From positions 868,001-932,000 of the forward strand of contig CM039000.1 in the NCBI GenBank assembly GCA_017499595.2: DNA of 64,000 nt, given 5' to 3'. Shown here one piece after another: positions 1 through 11,155 of the stretch. Under the pieces are notes generated by a model, which did not search any database, was not told where the DNA came from, and saw only the letters and a list, made by a program, of their open reading frames with translations. Numbering within the stretch: position 1 is the first letter of the stretch; each line of letters opens with the position of its first letter. Source of the stretch: Psilocybe cubensis. Its lineage: Eukaryota. A program made the position numbers and the translations under genes.

Positions 1-611
1 TGGATGAGACGCGTCGCGTCACATTCAGGATACCTGAGTGCTGAATGTGCATTATACGCGTGTTGTGCCAGCGGTACAGGACGTTATTTTGGACGTGAAT
101 GCACGTAATGTTGTGAAGCAACGTTCAACAAAACTACGGGCTTCTACACGAAAGTGGATCTCCGGGTCTAGCAAAATGATACGAGTTTACTAGGATGGAA
201 GACGGCTGTTCCGGTGCTTGAGCAGGGATTGTACCCAGTATTGTAATAATAAATTTGTGGATGTGGACAGATTTCGGACATTTGTAGCAGGATCTTTTGC
301 CTTAGAATTCAAGTTGGATAGCAAACAGGGAAGCGGAATCACTCATATTCATGGACTCCTAAGAGTCAAGTTATGGCATTCCAATAAATAAATTTAACAC
401 TTCGTAAACGAAGTTGGAGTGAAGCGAAGACTAGTGTAATTGATGAAGCTACAGAAATGAGGTGATGTGCCAGCGGAAATACAACGTGACCTTGAAAACT
501 TGGAAAAAAAGAGTATAAAGACGGACTGGAAATTTGTGAACCCCAGCCGTGCATTATGCCCTAATGCTGGACGTGTTTTTCGTCGACGCGCACCCATCCT
601 CGTTGTTGCCT

Positions 612-712
612 CCCTCGTTGTGCACCCTCCTTGTCGTGCACCCTCCTTGTCGTGCACTATCCTCATCGTCCACCCTCCTCTTCGTGCACCTTCCTCGTCG
701 TGCACCTTCCTT
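612..712. repeat. 16-bp minisatellite (CCTCGTCGTGCACCCT-like), 6 units
   Basis: TGCAC cores at 621, 637, 653, 669 (variant), 685, 701. Confidence 0.85.
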
Positions 713-1144
713 GGTGTTGTAGTCACCCTATGCCATGCTCCGGTATAGACTCTGGTCTCTTGGACATGTTCTGTGTTTAACCTTGTAAGTTTTATATGTT
801 TTGTTTCGAAGACTCATGTAGTACTGACAATGCATGCAGAATCAAAGTTGAGATTTGGATGTCCGGCGAATGCTGGTGAAGGAATGCATGGGAGTGAGAG
901 GTATGTGACTTTGTATGTAGTGTCAGAAGATGTACTGACTTTGTATTAGTTGCATCTCGAAGCTACGCGTTGATCTTTGCATCTGACAATAGAGGGCTGT
1001 GATATGGGTAAGTGTCTTGCTGTTCAGAGTGCTAGACACGCGTCTAACTGTTTTCTGTAACCCAGATAGCTTTGACGCGATGTATTTCTTTCCCACGACT
1101 CCGAATTGTTAGTGCCAGCATGCCCAAATGTGCTCTGAGGCAAC

Positions 1145-1915
1145 ATATCGTTGTCCGGCGAGCTAAACTCCTCATCCCAAACTCATGCACCACCAAACTA
1201 TGCCCCGACACGATATATCGCCGTCCGGCGAGCTGAACCCTCCCCTTTGCTCGTATCGACTCCATGTGCAACCAACCAATGCCCCAACGCAAAGTATTGC
1301 CTTCCGGCAAGCAGGATATAGCCCACTACGTATCAAGCTATGTGCCGACACCATGTATCGCCGTCCGGCGAGCTGGACCCTCGCTTTTCTCGTCTCGACT
1401 TCATGTGCAACCAACGTATACTCCAACGCGATGCATCGTCTTCCAGCGAGCAGGATTTAACCCACTACGTATCCAGCTATGCGCTGACGCTATGTATCGC
1501 CGTCCGGCGAGCTAGACGCATCTCTTCCCTCTTCATGTGCAACCAGTAGCTATGCCCCAACGTCGTGCAGCCTCTTTGGAGGCAGTGCTATGCTCGCACC
1601 CAACCTATCGTCGTCCGGCGAGATGTATTGCTGTCCGCCGAACTGGATACACCCTACTCTTCACCCAGCACCCTCGAATCATCCCCCTATGGCGTCCGGC
1701 GAACACGACACATCGTTATCCGGGGAATTATGACCCAGTGCATCCAACATGGTGCCACCCGACGAGCAGGACTCACCCTAATTACCATCCGGCACCCTCG
1801 AGTCACTCCACGATGGCGTCCGGCGAACACGACATATCGTCGTCTGGGGAGCTTTGACCCAGGGGTATGCTCCAACACAACATACCGTCGTCTGGGGAGC
1901 TTTGATCCACGACGT
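1145..1915. repeat. Degenerate tandem array built on TATCGCCGTCCGGCGAGCTG / ATGCCCC motifs
   Basis: GTCCGGCGA cores recur at ~1153, 1223, 1363, 1502, 1613, 1694, 1817. A related but differently arranged array lies at ~11850-12570. Confidence 0.75.
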
Positions 1916-2400
1916 ATTGGCGTTCGATGAGATGGGCCACTGTCAACCCGGTGGAATGAAGCTACGCACCTTTGAAGAACACGTATGACGTGTCGCCATC
2001 CCATTTCCGCCATTCAAACTTACGACCCGTCGTTGTGGTTGTGTGGCAAGAAGGACGTTTGTCCCGTGACGCGACTTGCGAGTAAGTGATTCCACCTTGT
2101 GCTGACTTGAATTTCTAGATATGAGACTGAGACCCGGTGAGTGATTTCCCTGTAGATAGACCGGTTACGCCCCATTCTGGCCTTCGGGCGGGGCTAACCT
2201 CTGCTAGTACGATAAATTGAAGGTGTTGCGATGCATGGACTACGCTCTTTTTTTCGTCTATAATTAGATTTCAGCAATCAAACATCGTTAGCGAGATCAA
2301 TTCACCCAGAAAATCGCCCTTAGCGAGAGTCATCAAGACAAAATCAGACTCCAACTTCGCAAGAATCACATTTATTTGGCTCTACACTGCTCCGCAAACA

Positions 2401-4410
2401 TTATAATGCACAACTTGCAACTGCAAACTCAAACACCAACCCCCGACCGAATCGTAATATTCTCAACGACATACTCCGAATCCGCATATCCCAAAACGCG
2501 AGGCAGAAGCGCACTAAAAGTCATCCAAAAAACACATCAGCAATCCATCCCATAACACACAGAGACTAACCTATTCAACCCTTTAACAGCCATAATCTGC
2601 GCAGAATTGTAATTCGCGAGTCCACGACCAACTTCAATGACATCACTCTCGCTGATTTCCTTCTCCTCTCCCTCCCCCTCCTCTTCCCCCCTCCCCCCCG
2701 CCAAAACAACAACCCTAACAGCCTGCCCCGCCGCAAACACCCCAATCACACCAACCACCCCAACAGCCAACAACCGCCCCCCACTCTCCCTCTTCGCCAA
2801 CACCCCATACGCACCCCCATCAACCACCACACTCCCCGACGGATTCAGCGTATTTCGCGTCCACGCTTTCAAATCGCGCAGCGGCGTAGGCGAAGCGAGG
2901 AAGAGTGTGTGTGGTGGGCGCGGGAGGACGCGGTCTATGATTTTGAATACGTTTTGTGGGGATTGGCTTGTTGTGATTACTGTTGTTACTCCCGCTGCAG
3001 TTGCGATTTCCGCTGCGATCAGCTTGGTCTCCATCCCGCCTGTACCGAGACTTGATCCTAGTGTATTCGTACTGACTGCATTCAAAAAAAAGTCAGAGAT
3101 AAACTAAACGAAGTCAACCGAAAACCGCAACTCACCTTCCCGCCTAATCCCAGCAACACTCTCAACGACCTCAATCATCCTCGCACCGGGCTCCTTCCTC
3201 GGGTTCGCCGTATACAGCCCGTCCACGTCCGTCAGTAGGAAGAGGTAGTCCGCGTGGATCATGGAGGAGGTTATAGCGGATAGGGTATCGTTGTCCCCAA
3301 ATTTGATTTCCTGTTGGTTTGGATGTGGATTTGCATTCGCATTTGTGTGAGATACGAGTTAGCTTGGTGTAAAGAAAAAAAAAGGATGAGGAAAAGACAA
3401 TACGCACACTAACAGAAACCGTATCATTCTCATTCACAATCGGCACAACGCCCATACTCAACAGCTCATTGAGCGTGTTCACAGCGTTCAAATACCGCGT
3501 GCGCTAGATGTAAAAAGTATATATTGCGAGTGAGTATGCGTAAAACGATAACAAAGGGAAATAGGAAAATTGGAAAATAGGAATAGAAAGGGATAACATG
3601 AAACACGACGCGTAAAACGCTCTCGCGCACACAAGTCCCAAGCCCCCCAAAAAAAGACGGAGCAAAAGCAAAAGCAAGAACCAAAAAAAAAACTCACATC
3701 AGAAATATCCCCCCTCGTCAAAAGAATCTGCGCAATAGGCTGTTCGAGCTGGCTGAACAGGTTATCCCATAGCGCTATAAGTCTGCCTTGGCCGATGGCC
3801 GCTAGTGCCTGTCCAAGTCCACAAGTAAAGTAATAAAAATAAAAAATAAAAAATCAAGTCAGCGAACCCAACCCAAAAAAACCCCCCAAAAAAACACGCA
3901 AACCCACCTGTTTCCCAACAAGACTCCCCGGCCTCCTCTCCATCCTCATCCTCCTCATCCCCACCCCAATCGCACCCGAGCTAACCAGCACAACGCGATG
4001 CCCGTGCCTTTTCAGATCGACGACGACTTCGACGATGGCGGAGAGTTTGGAGAGGAGGGGTTGGTGGGTTGTTTCGTGTACTATTGAGGATGTGCCTGTG
4101 GGGTGGGGTGGGTGAGTATGGATGGGGTGAGTTATGTATGGAACAGGGTGGAGGAGGGGATGGGGGGTGGTGGTGGTGAGGAGGAGGAGGAGGGGGATGA
4201 GTGGGTGTGCGCAGGAGGACGAGGGGGCGAGGGGGACGAGAAGGAGGGAGGAGGGATGAATCAACGCGTCTACAAACACTCACCGAGTTTAATCACGATC
4301 GTCTGCGGTGGCACACCGTTCCGCGGGAGGGTAGACGCGGGCGCCGGGGCGGGGGTGGTGGAAGGCGCGGGGGTCGCTGGTGATGGTGTCGGCGGTGACG
4401 GTGAATGCAT
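2401..4410 (-). CDS. PRO1: Glutamate 5-kinase with C-terminal PUA domain, copy A (7 exons)
   Basis: Spliced translation gives [88 protein letters not shown] and [16 protein letters not shown] at 4410, TAA at 2401-2403. No frameshift seen. Confidence 0.92.
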
Positions 4411-4899
4411 ATCGTTGGTATTATGCTTATGGTCATGTGATTACAATGTCAAAGTCAAGGAAAGGCGATGTGTGATGTCGGGGGTGCGGTAGTGGTAGTG
4501 CGTTAGTGTTGTCGGGGTGCGGTAGTGGTAGAAGAATGCCCTTTGCGATGGATGCGTGGTGGTGTGTGGTAGTGCCGACGGTGGTAATCAAGCTCCTAAG
4601 AACACCGCAAAGCAAAAAGCTAAAGCAAAGAAAAGGAAGAGTATCAGCACTGAGCAAATCAAGTCAAAGATCGATGACGAACAAGAACGAGAACGAGATG
4701 TCGATGACGCCAAAACCAAAAAATTTAGCCGGTCGTAATAAAGAGTACGTACCGGTACAAGTAAGTACGCGTTCGAGTCCGCGTTCGAGTCCGAGCTATT
4801 CAACCCGAAGTGTTTGCAATGTGTGTGGTGTCGGCGGTGACGGCCCGCTGTTTGGCAGGCAATCAGCTAGGCGCGTCAATCGTGTCTCAGTAGACTCGC

Positions 4900-7528
4900 C
4901 CAGTTCCTGCTTTGTTCACCCTCCTCTCAGCCGCCTGCACCATGCATTCTCTCCTCCCATCCTCACTTAGCCGGCGTGTCGTGTAGGGCCCGACTTGCCT
5001 CTCTGCGCAGCGACGAGCGAGCGTTGGCGTCCGCGCGTCGTCGACTCGACATCTGTGGAAGTGGGTTAGCAGCGGTGCACTTCCAAGGTGCGTCAGTAGC
5101 TCGTTGTGATGCTTACCGTTACTCATCGTGCCACCAATCCCTGTAGCCTGCCTCTCCTGTATCAATAATCCCGCCCAATACTCATCAACCCCTCCCGCTC
5201 AGCGTCAACACTCTCCACCGCCTCGCATCCTCCGCAGTTCCGCACATCGTATCCACTTTGACGACGCCTTCTTTGCGCTGCGTCAACTAGACGTTGGCAT
5301 CTGTCCGTCCATGAGCGGTAGCAACTCACCGTCGCAGTCTACCTCTGTCGCTGCATCGATCACATCGTGGTAGTGCCAGAACTCGATGGAGAACTTCGAA
5401 AATCGGTCAGTAAATTTCATGACAGCTATCGGGCAGCTGCTTACCCTCTTTCATCGTGTCGCCACCCTATCCAGAAAGCATCGGATCAACAAGCACCCGC
5501 CGTCAGTTTCCTTCAACCCACCATGGCAGAGGAGCGGGATGGAACCCTCGGGACGGCATCAAGACCGTCTCGAGTCCTTTGGCGTGGTTTTATTGCAGAG
5601 GCGGGCAGAGGAGACTAGTTAGAATAAGGTGCGTCAGAAGATTATATGTCAGCCATCATGCTTTTGCTTACCGTCGTCGCTGTTGCTTTTGACTTGTCCA
5701 GCAAGTATCTTATCAACCAGCTCACCATGGCCAGTGCGTATCCTAACACTCACCACACATCGCCAATCACCCTCAATTCCCACATCGACCAGCATCCACC
5801 GTTATTCGTCGTCAACAGTCGCTGTGGCCCGTCGAGAGCGAGGTGGATCAGTCAGGATGCATCAAGACCGTGTTTCGTCCCTCGCAGTCCACTCTGCATC
5901 GATGGCGAGAGGCACAGCTCGCTGTCGGGTGTGCCCACGGCGTCCTTTTCATTGTTACAAAGGCGGGCGGAGGAGAATTGTCAGGTGAATCCACGTCCAA
6001 GGTGCGTCAGTACGTTGTATGGCAGTTATCCTACTGCTGCTTACCGTCGTCGCTGTTACTTTGACCTGTCCAGCAAATATTTTATCAACCAACTCACAAC
6101 GTCAGTCAACCTCAAAGCTCACCATGGGCACCGCGTATTGTTACGATCGGTATTCTTCGCCAATCACCCTCAACACTCGTATCAACCACCATCCATCGCT
6201 ATTCACCCACAACAATCGAGGCGGCCGAGAGATCGAGAGCAGGATGAAATAGCCGGGAAGCGTCAAGCGCGTATCGTCCATCTCGGTATCAATGGCGAGG
6301 GGTGCCCCTCGCTGTTGGGTAGGGGCCAGGCGTCGTTTTTGGTCGTTACAGAGGCGGGCAGAGGTGACTGGTTAGGAGAACCTACGTCCAAGGTGCGTCA
6401 GTTAGATTTTATGAAAGTCATCGGCTGCTTACCTCGTTTATCGTGTCGCCGTTCAGCCTATCCAGCAAGCGTTAAATTAACCAGCAAGCAACGTCAGTTG
6501 CCCTCAACACTCACCGTGGTACAGATATCGCATCGACCCGCATCGACCGTTATTCGCCATCAACTATCGCCGTGGCCGAGAGATCGAGAGCGGGATGAAA
6601 TAGTCCGGAGGCATCAAGGCCGTCTGTATCGTCCATCTCGGTATCAATGGCGAGGGGTGCCCCTCGCTGTTGGGTAGGGGCCAGGCGTCGTTTTTGGTCG
6701 TTACAGAGGCGGGCAGAGGTGACTGGTTAGGAGAACCTACGTCCAAGGTGCGTCAGTTAGATTTTATGAAAGTCATCGGCTGCTTACCTCGTTTATCGTG
6801 TCGCCGTTCAGCCTATCCAGCAAGCGTTAGATTAACCAGCAAGCAACGTCAGTTGCCCTCAACACTCACCGTGGCACAGACATTAGGAGCGGATTTGGGA
6901 CACATGTTTTGTCCCCCATAGTCCGGTGGATCCAACTTGGTGACAGAGGCGGGTGGAGAATCCACTTCCAAGGTATGTCAGTAAAGTCTATGTCAGTTAT
7001 TGTTCTGCTGCTTACCATCGTTTATCTTGTCGACACCGTCTTGTACCTTTCCAGAAACCTTCGTATCAACCAGCACACGCTGTCAGTCGTCATGGTGGAT
7101 AGGTCGAGAGGATATCCTGTCAAGGTGCGTCGTCAGCGTTGTGCGTATCATAGAGCATCTTACTCACGGAAATCATTCCTTTTCTGTGCAGCGAGCAGCG
7201 TTGTGAGCAGCAGCGTGTCGTTAAGTGGGTGCAACTCACCGTTGCGGGCAGGGCGGGACAGGTTAGGAGGTCGCTCTGTAGAGGTGCGTCGTCAGTGTTG
7301 AACTACCCAGAATCGCCTCGGCGTCGTGTCAATATCACTCACCGTCGTGTCAAAGAACACCTGTGGAGTACTCAACGTCAGCGCCATCGAGAACCAGCCA
7401 CAGAGCTTACCGTCTGCCCGAATGCGCCATCCAAGCCCGAAGAGAAAAGAAGCGGAGAGCTGAAGAGGCAGAGGAGAGTAGGCGGTGAGGGGGATGAAGA
7501 ATGCCAGCAAGGTGCGTGGTCTTTATAT
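4900..7528 (-). ncRNA. Putative multi-intron, ORF-poor transcription unit made of amplified exon-intron modules
   Basis: TATATAAA on the minus strand at ~7522-7529. Minus-strand introns (GTAAGC/GTGAGT..mostly CTGAC..AG) at 7361-7410, 7276-7342, 7184-7239, 7117-7167, 6965-7015, 6813-6869, 6737-6787, 6458-6514 and 6382-6432. Further donors near 6122, 6044, 5726, 5671, 5444, 5116. Left boundary approximate. Confidence 0.55.
6271..6880. repeat. Near-identical tandem duplication, period 355 bp
   Basis: 6271-6523 and 6626-6880 are almost identical. More diverged relatives lie at ~5400-6270 and ~6940-7130. Confidence 0.92.
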
Positions 7529-10500
7529 ACCCGCGTCGGATTCTAGTACGCCTGTGGATATGTCGTAAGTAGTCCGCAAAAATGAAATATACAGAATCTT
7601 TGTTTTTTTTTGGGTGTCGCTTGTTAGTGCGGATTCGGATTCGGGTTACGCGAGTGTGGTCCGATTGTCCGTGTGTGTCGAGATTGTAGATTCGATGTGA
7701 TTCCTCCGTTTGCATTTGGGATAATTGAGAAACTGGGTGGTTGTGTTGTATGGGTTTCATGCTTTCGTTCGTTTGAGCTGATACGGATGCATTGCGCTCA
7801 ACAGAGTATTATATCCAATTCAATACAAAATAAAGATTTGCAACACAACAAGACTCAAACCAGGACCATACAACCCATTGCACAAGTACTAGGTTCATGA
7901 AGTACGCCATTTCACCCGAAATACCAATAACGAGACTTCAGCACCAAATCCCCTCGAACAACCTTCCACAATGTTCAAATGCTTCACGACTCGGGGAAAC
8001 CAGTACGTACATTCAATCCACCACCCATACGTACGCTACACATAAACACATAAACCACACATTCTAGCTCTCCCGGAGTGCGGACACTTGCTCTGTAGTC
8101 AACACCCGCAGAACTTGTCTTCTGCACAGCGACAGATTAATTGAACGCCGCTGTCTTCCTCCGATCTGACGTTATGGATAGCCGAGGTGGTGAAATTCCG
8201 GAACCGAAGGAAAAGGAAAGCGGTTGGAATGGGGTGGAATGCGGATTTGGGAGAGGAGGTGCAGATTTGGTTGGGAGGAAACTGTGTGAGATGTTTCGAT
8301 GGTTCTGCGGGGTGGATGGTTTGGAGGGGTAGAGTTGAGAGGTATCGTTACCCCTGTTGGCTCTCTAGAGGTGTGTGTTTCGAGCAAAAGGTGTTATTTG
8401 CGCTGTATGTAGACATGCACGTTCTCGGCGCTTATTTGGAGTTGATACCCAGTACGAATGTTTTCATCACACTCCGAGCTCAGAAAGACTCAAAGACATA
8501 CTCACATACTCAATAGGACTTACAATATCCCTTAGGGGCTACCCGACACTGAAAACCCATGTAAATCCGTTATTCCAGCAATGAGGGCATTCGGCTCAAT
8601 AAACACACATGCAATACGAAACCAGACAAAACTTACGACTTTTCAACCTTCGATCCGAGCCCAGACACCAGCATAACACCATAGGTAACGTACCAAAACA
8701 CCCTAAATCCCAGGAAGACACGGAAAACGCGCAGAATTGTACGGTACGTATAGTGAATTCATGCATCTGGCTGAAAATTGTCAGTGGTTGCTTTCATTTC
8801 CGACCTTCTAGGTTGGGTGACGGCAGCCTGGCCTAGCCGAGCAGGTCCCCGCTAGTGCCGGAAAAGACCAGGAAGAAGGGGAGTCGTTGGAAATGGGCTG
8901 TATTCGCGAATCGGGGGAGGGGGAGGATGTTGGTATGTACGTGAGTTGAAAATTTTGTTGAATTTTTGGGATTGTTGACTTGGGGTTCACGATCTGAGTT
9001 GCGTGGTGTATAGTAGTATTAACTGATATACAGGGATACTTGAGGAATACCTTTTGAATGGCTGAATTCACGCAATTCAATCTGATGTCTATTCGGGCGC
9101 TTAACACTTTTTGAAATGTCCAACTTTTCTCAACACCCCAGGACTCAAATCTCGCTGCTCATCTACTACACTGCATACTATTCTAGCCCCCCGGCTCTCA
9201 AAAAGGCCCCTAGAATTCTTTGGACGGTGGAAATGCACAATTTACACGATTTCACGGCTTGACGCGAACATGTACAAATTGCCAAATTATCCTTGCCCCG
9301 CGCCGCAGCATCTCTCCAAACACGCATTACAACACCTATAGGCATCCGTCAAGCCACCTCATACAACGTTAACGCAGAAAACGGCCGCGGTACGCTCGCC
9401 ACGTCGTTATTACAATCCCGTACCGTATCCAATCAAGTCCGTTCTTCTGGACTCTGGAGCACCGAGTCACAACGTCATTCGCGAGCCGAAGAGTGCTAGT
9501 CCAGTCTATATTAAGGTCCAGATAGAATGGAAACGACTGAAACGACGTAAATTGACGTATCGGGGGAGGAGGAGAATGTCATTGGTTTGTATGTCAAACA
9601 AATGTCATTGCTTCCTGTGAGTGATTTCAGACTATTCTAGGTAATATATCAGTACTGGTACACCATACCCTGCCTGTGAGCTTGTTGTAATCTATGCTTT
9701 GCGGATGAAATTGCGTGCAGTCGATTTTAGGACGAGTACATGAAAATTCACAAGAGATTTCAATTTATTCTATTAGTTACAAGTGCATTTTATCATATTG
9801 TCTTTTATTCGCACTCTATGGTACACTATTCAACTCACAGACGCCTTATGGAGGTCAAACTACCGTGAATTTGACTGCCACGTCATTGTGTTTTGCTCAA
9901 TCCACCAAAACTTCAGAGTCTCGATACTGGTCGCTGAACATTGCGATGGCTCCGAGCAGCCGAGGCGCTAGCCTCATTGGGCTAGAAACCTGTCATAGAC
10001 TCCAGTTAGACTTGAAATTTGCGTTCAAGAGCGGAACAGGGGCTCAAGGAACCCCTGCACGAGTTATTTAAGTATCCGTTTCCGAGACGGATTTTCGGCC
10101 GCAGGGCATAACGAATGTGTATCTGATCGCGTATATCAAACCTATACAGGGTTACAGATAGTCAGTGAGTATACGGATGCAACCTGACTTTCCGGTATGC
10201 ACACAAACAATTTCTGTAGAGTATACCTCAAGATTTTGATATATTTACATTGAAAACAAGCCATAGTTATATTTAACTCCCATGAAAACACCTTCAAATA
10301 CAATCGCTACAACAAAACTGACCTTCAAACGTAGTAGAAAGCTCTCCAGCAAACACTTATGTAAATGTGGGCCTGGATGTTGTTCAGCCCAGATTTAAAT
10401 TTAGGCTTGAATCGAGGATCGTGAATCCGGAATCCCGATGACGCAGATCGGGCGCTAGCGCGACTATTCCAAAAGCGGGTTTCAAAGGAAGCAGCGGCGC

Positions 10501-11155
10501 TTATTGCTTGTTACGATAATGTGCGTCATTATATTAAACAGCTCAGCTCTGCCCTGACACGCGTTCGACGCGTCGCGTCGAGTTCAAGTGACTTTGTTAT
10601 TTTTGGAGCCAATACGCGTTTAGGGGCGTTCGCGTTCAGGGTCTTTTGCCCGCTGGCGTGGAGGATGAGACGCGTCGCGTCGAATTCAGAATACCTGCAT
10701 GCTGGGTACGCGTGTTGTGCCAGCGGTGCAGGACGTTATTTTGGACGCGAACGCACGTAACGTTGTGAAGCAACGTTCAACAAAGCTACGGGCTTCTACA
10801 CAAAAGTGGCCGGGTCTAGCACAATGACACGAGTTTACGAGGACGGAAGGCGGATGTTCCGGTGCATTACAACGAGAAACGCCACGATAATGTTTTGAAT
10901 ATGAATGGATTTCGGATATTTGCAGCAGGATGTTCTGTAGAGCCTTAGAATTCAAGTTGAAGAGCAAAAAGGGAAGCGGAATCACTCATATTCACGGACT
11001 CCTAAGAGTCAAATTATGGCATTCCATAAAATAAATTTTACACTTCGTAAACGAAGTTGGAGTGAAGCGAAGACTAGTCTAATTGATGAAGCTACAGAAT
11101 GAGGTGATGTGCCAGCGAAAATACAACGTGACCTTGAAAACTTGGAAAAAAAGAG

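Larger units (their letters stand above)
514..2250 (+). ncRNA. Putative spliced, ORF-poor transcription unit (lncRNA or decayed gene), copy A
   Basis: TATAAA at 514. Canonical introns 785-839 (GTAAGT..TACTGAC..CAG), 901-949 (GTATGT..TACTGAC..TAG) and 1008-1065 (GTAAGT..CTAAC..CAG); tentative introns 2082-2118 and 2137-2207. No long spliced ORF found. Confidence 0.45.
1..4790. repeat. Segmental duplication copy A (runs off the left edge of the window); direct repeat of ~10662-16945
   Basis: GGATGAGACGCGTCGCGTC at the window start matches ~10662. Collinear similarity continues through the spliced unit, PRO1 and its upstream region to CCGGTCGTAATAAA..GTACGTACCGGTAC (~4730-4760 vs ~16890-16920). 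Copy A lacks 13162-14091 and 14136-14457 of copy B. Confidence 0.93.

Noticed and set aside
1145-1915. CRISPR-like repeat/spacer pattern
   Set aside because: Eukaryotic DNA, degenerate repeats, related spacers, irregular period and no cas genes.
2165-2208. Helitron-like 3' end (GCC-TTCG-GGC hairpin then CTAG|T)
   Set aside because: The stem is very short, the same CTAG is explained as a splice acceptor after GCTAAC, and no Rep/helicase or 5' end was found.
2040-2255. Intron-containing U6 or other snRNA ending in a T-run
   Set aside because: The spliced sequence lacks the U6 ACAGAGA box and other snRNA hallmarks.
5080-7300. Plus-strand introns (AAG|GTGCGT) and the 343-aa ORF at 5646-6677
   Set aside because: Minus-strand signals are far more canonical in sequence and spacing; the ORF is a by-product of the repeats and resembles no protein I know.
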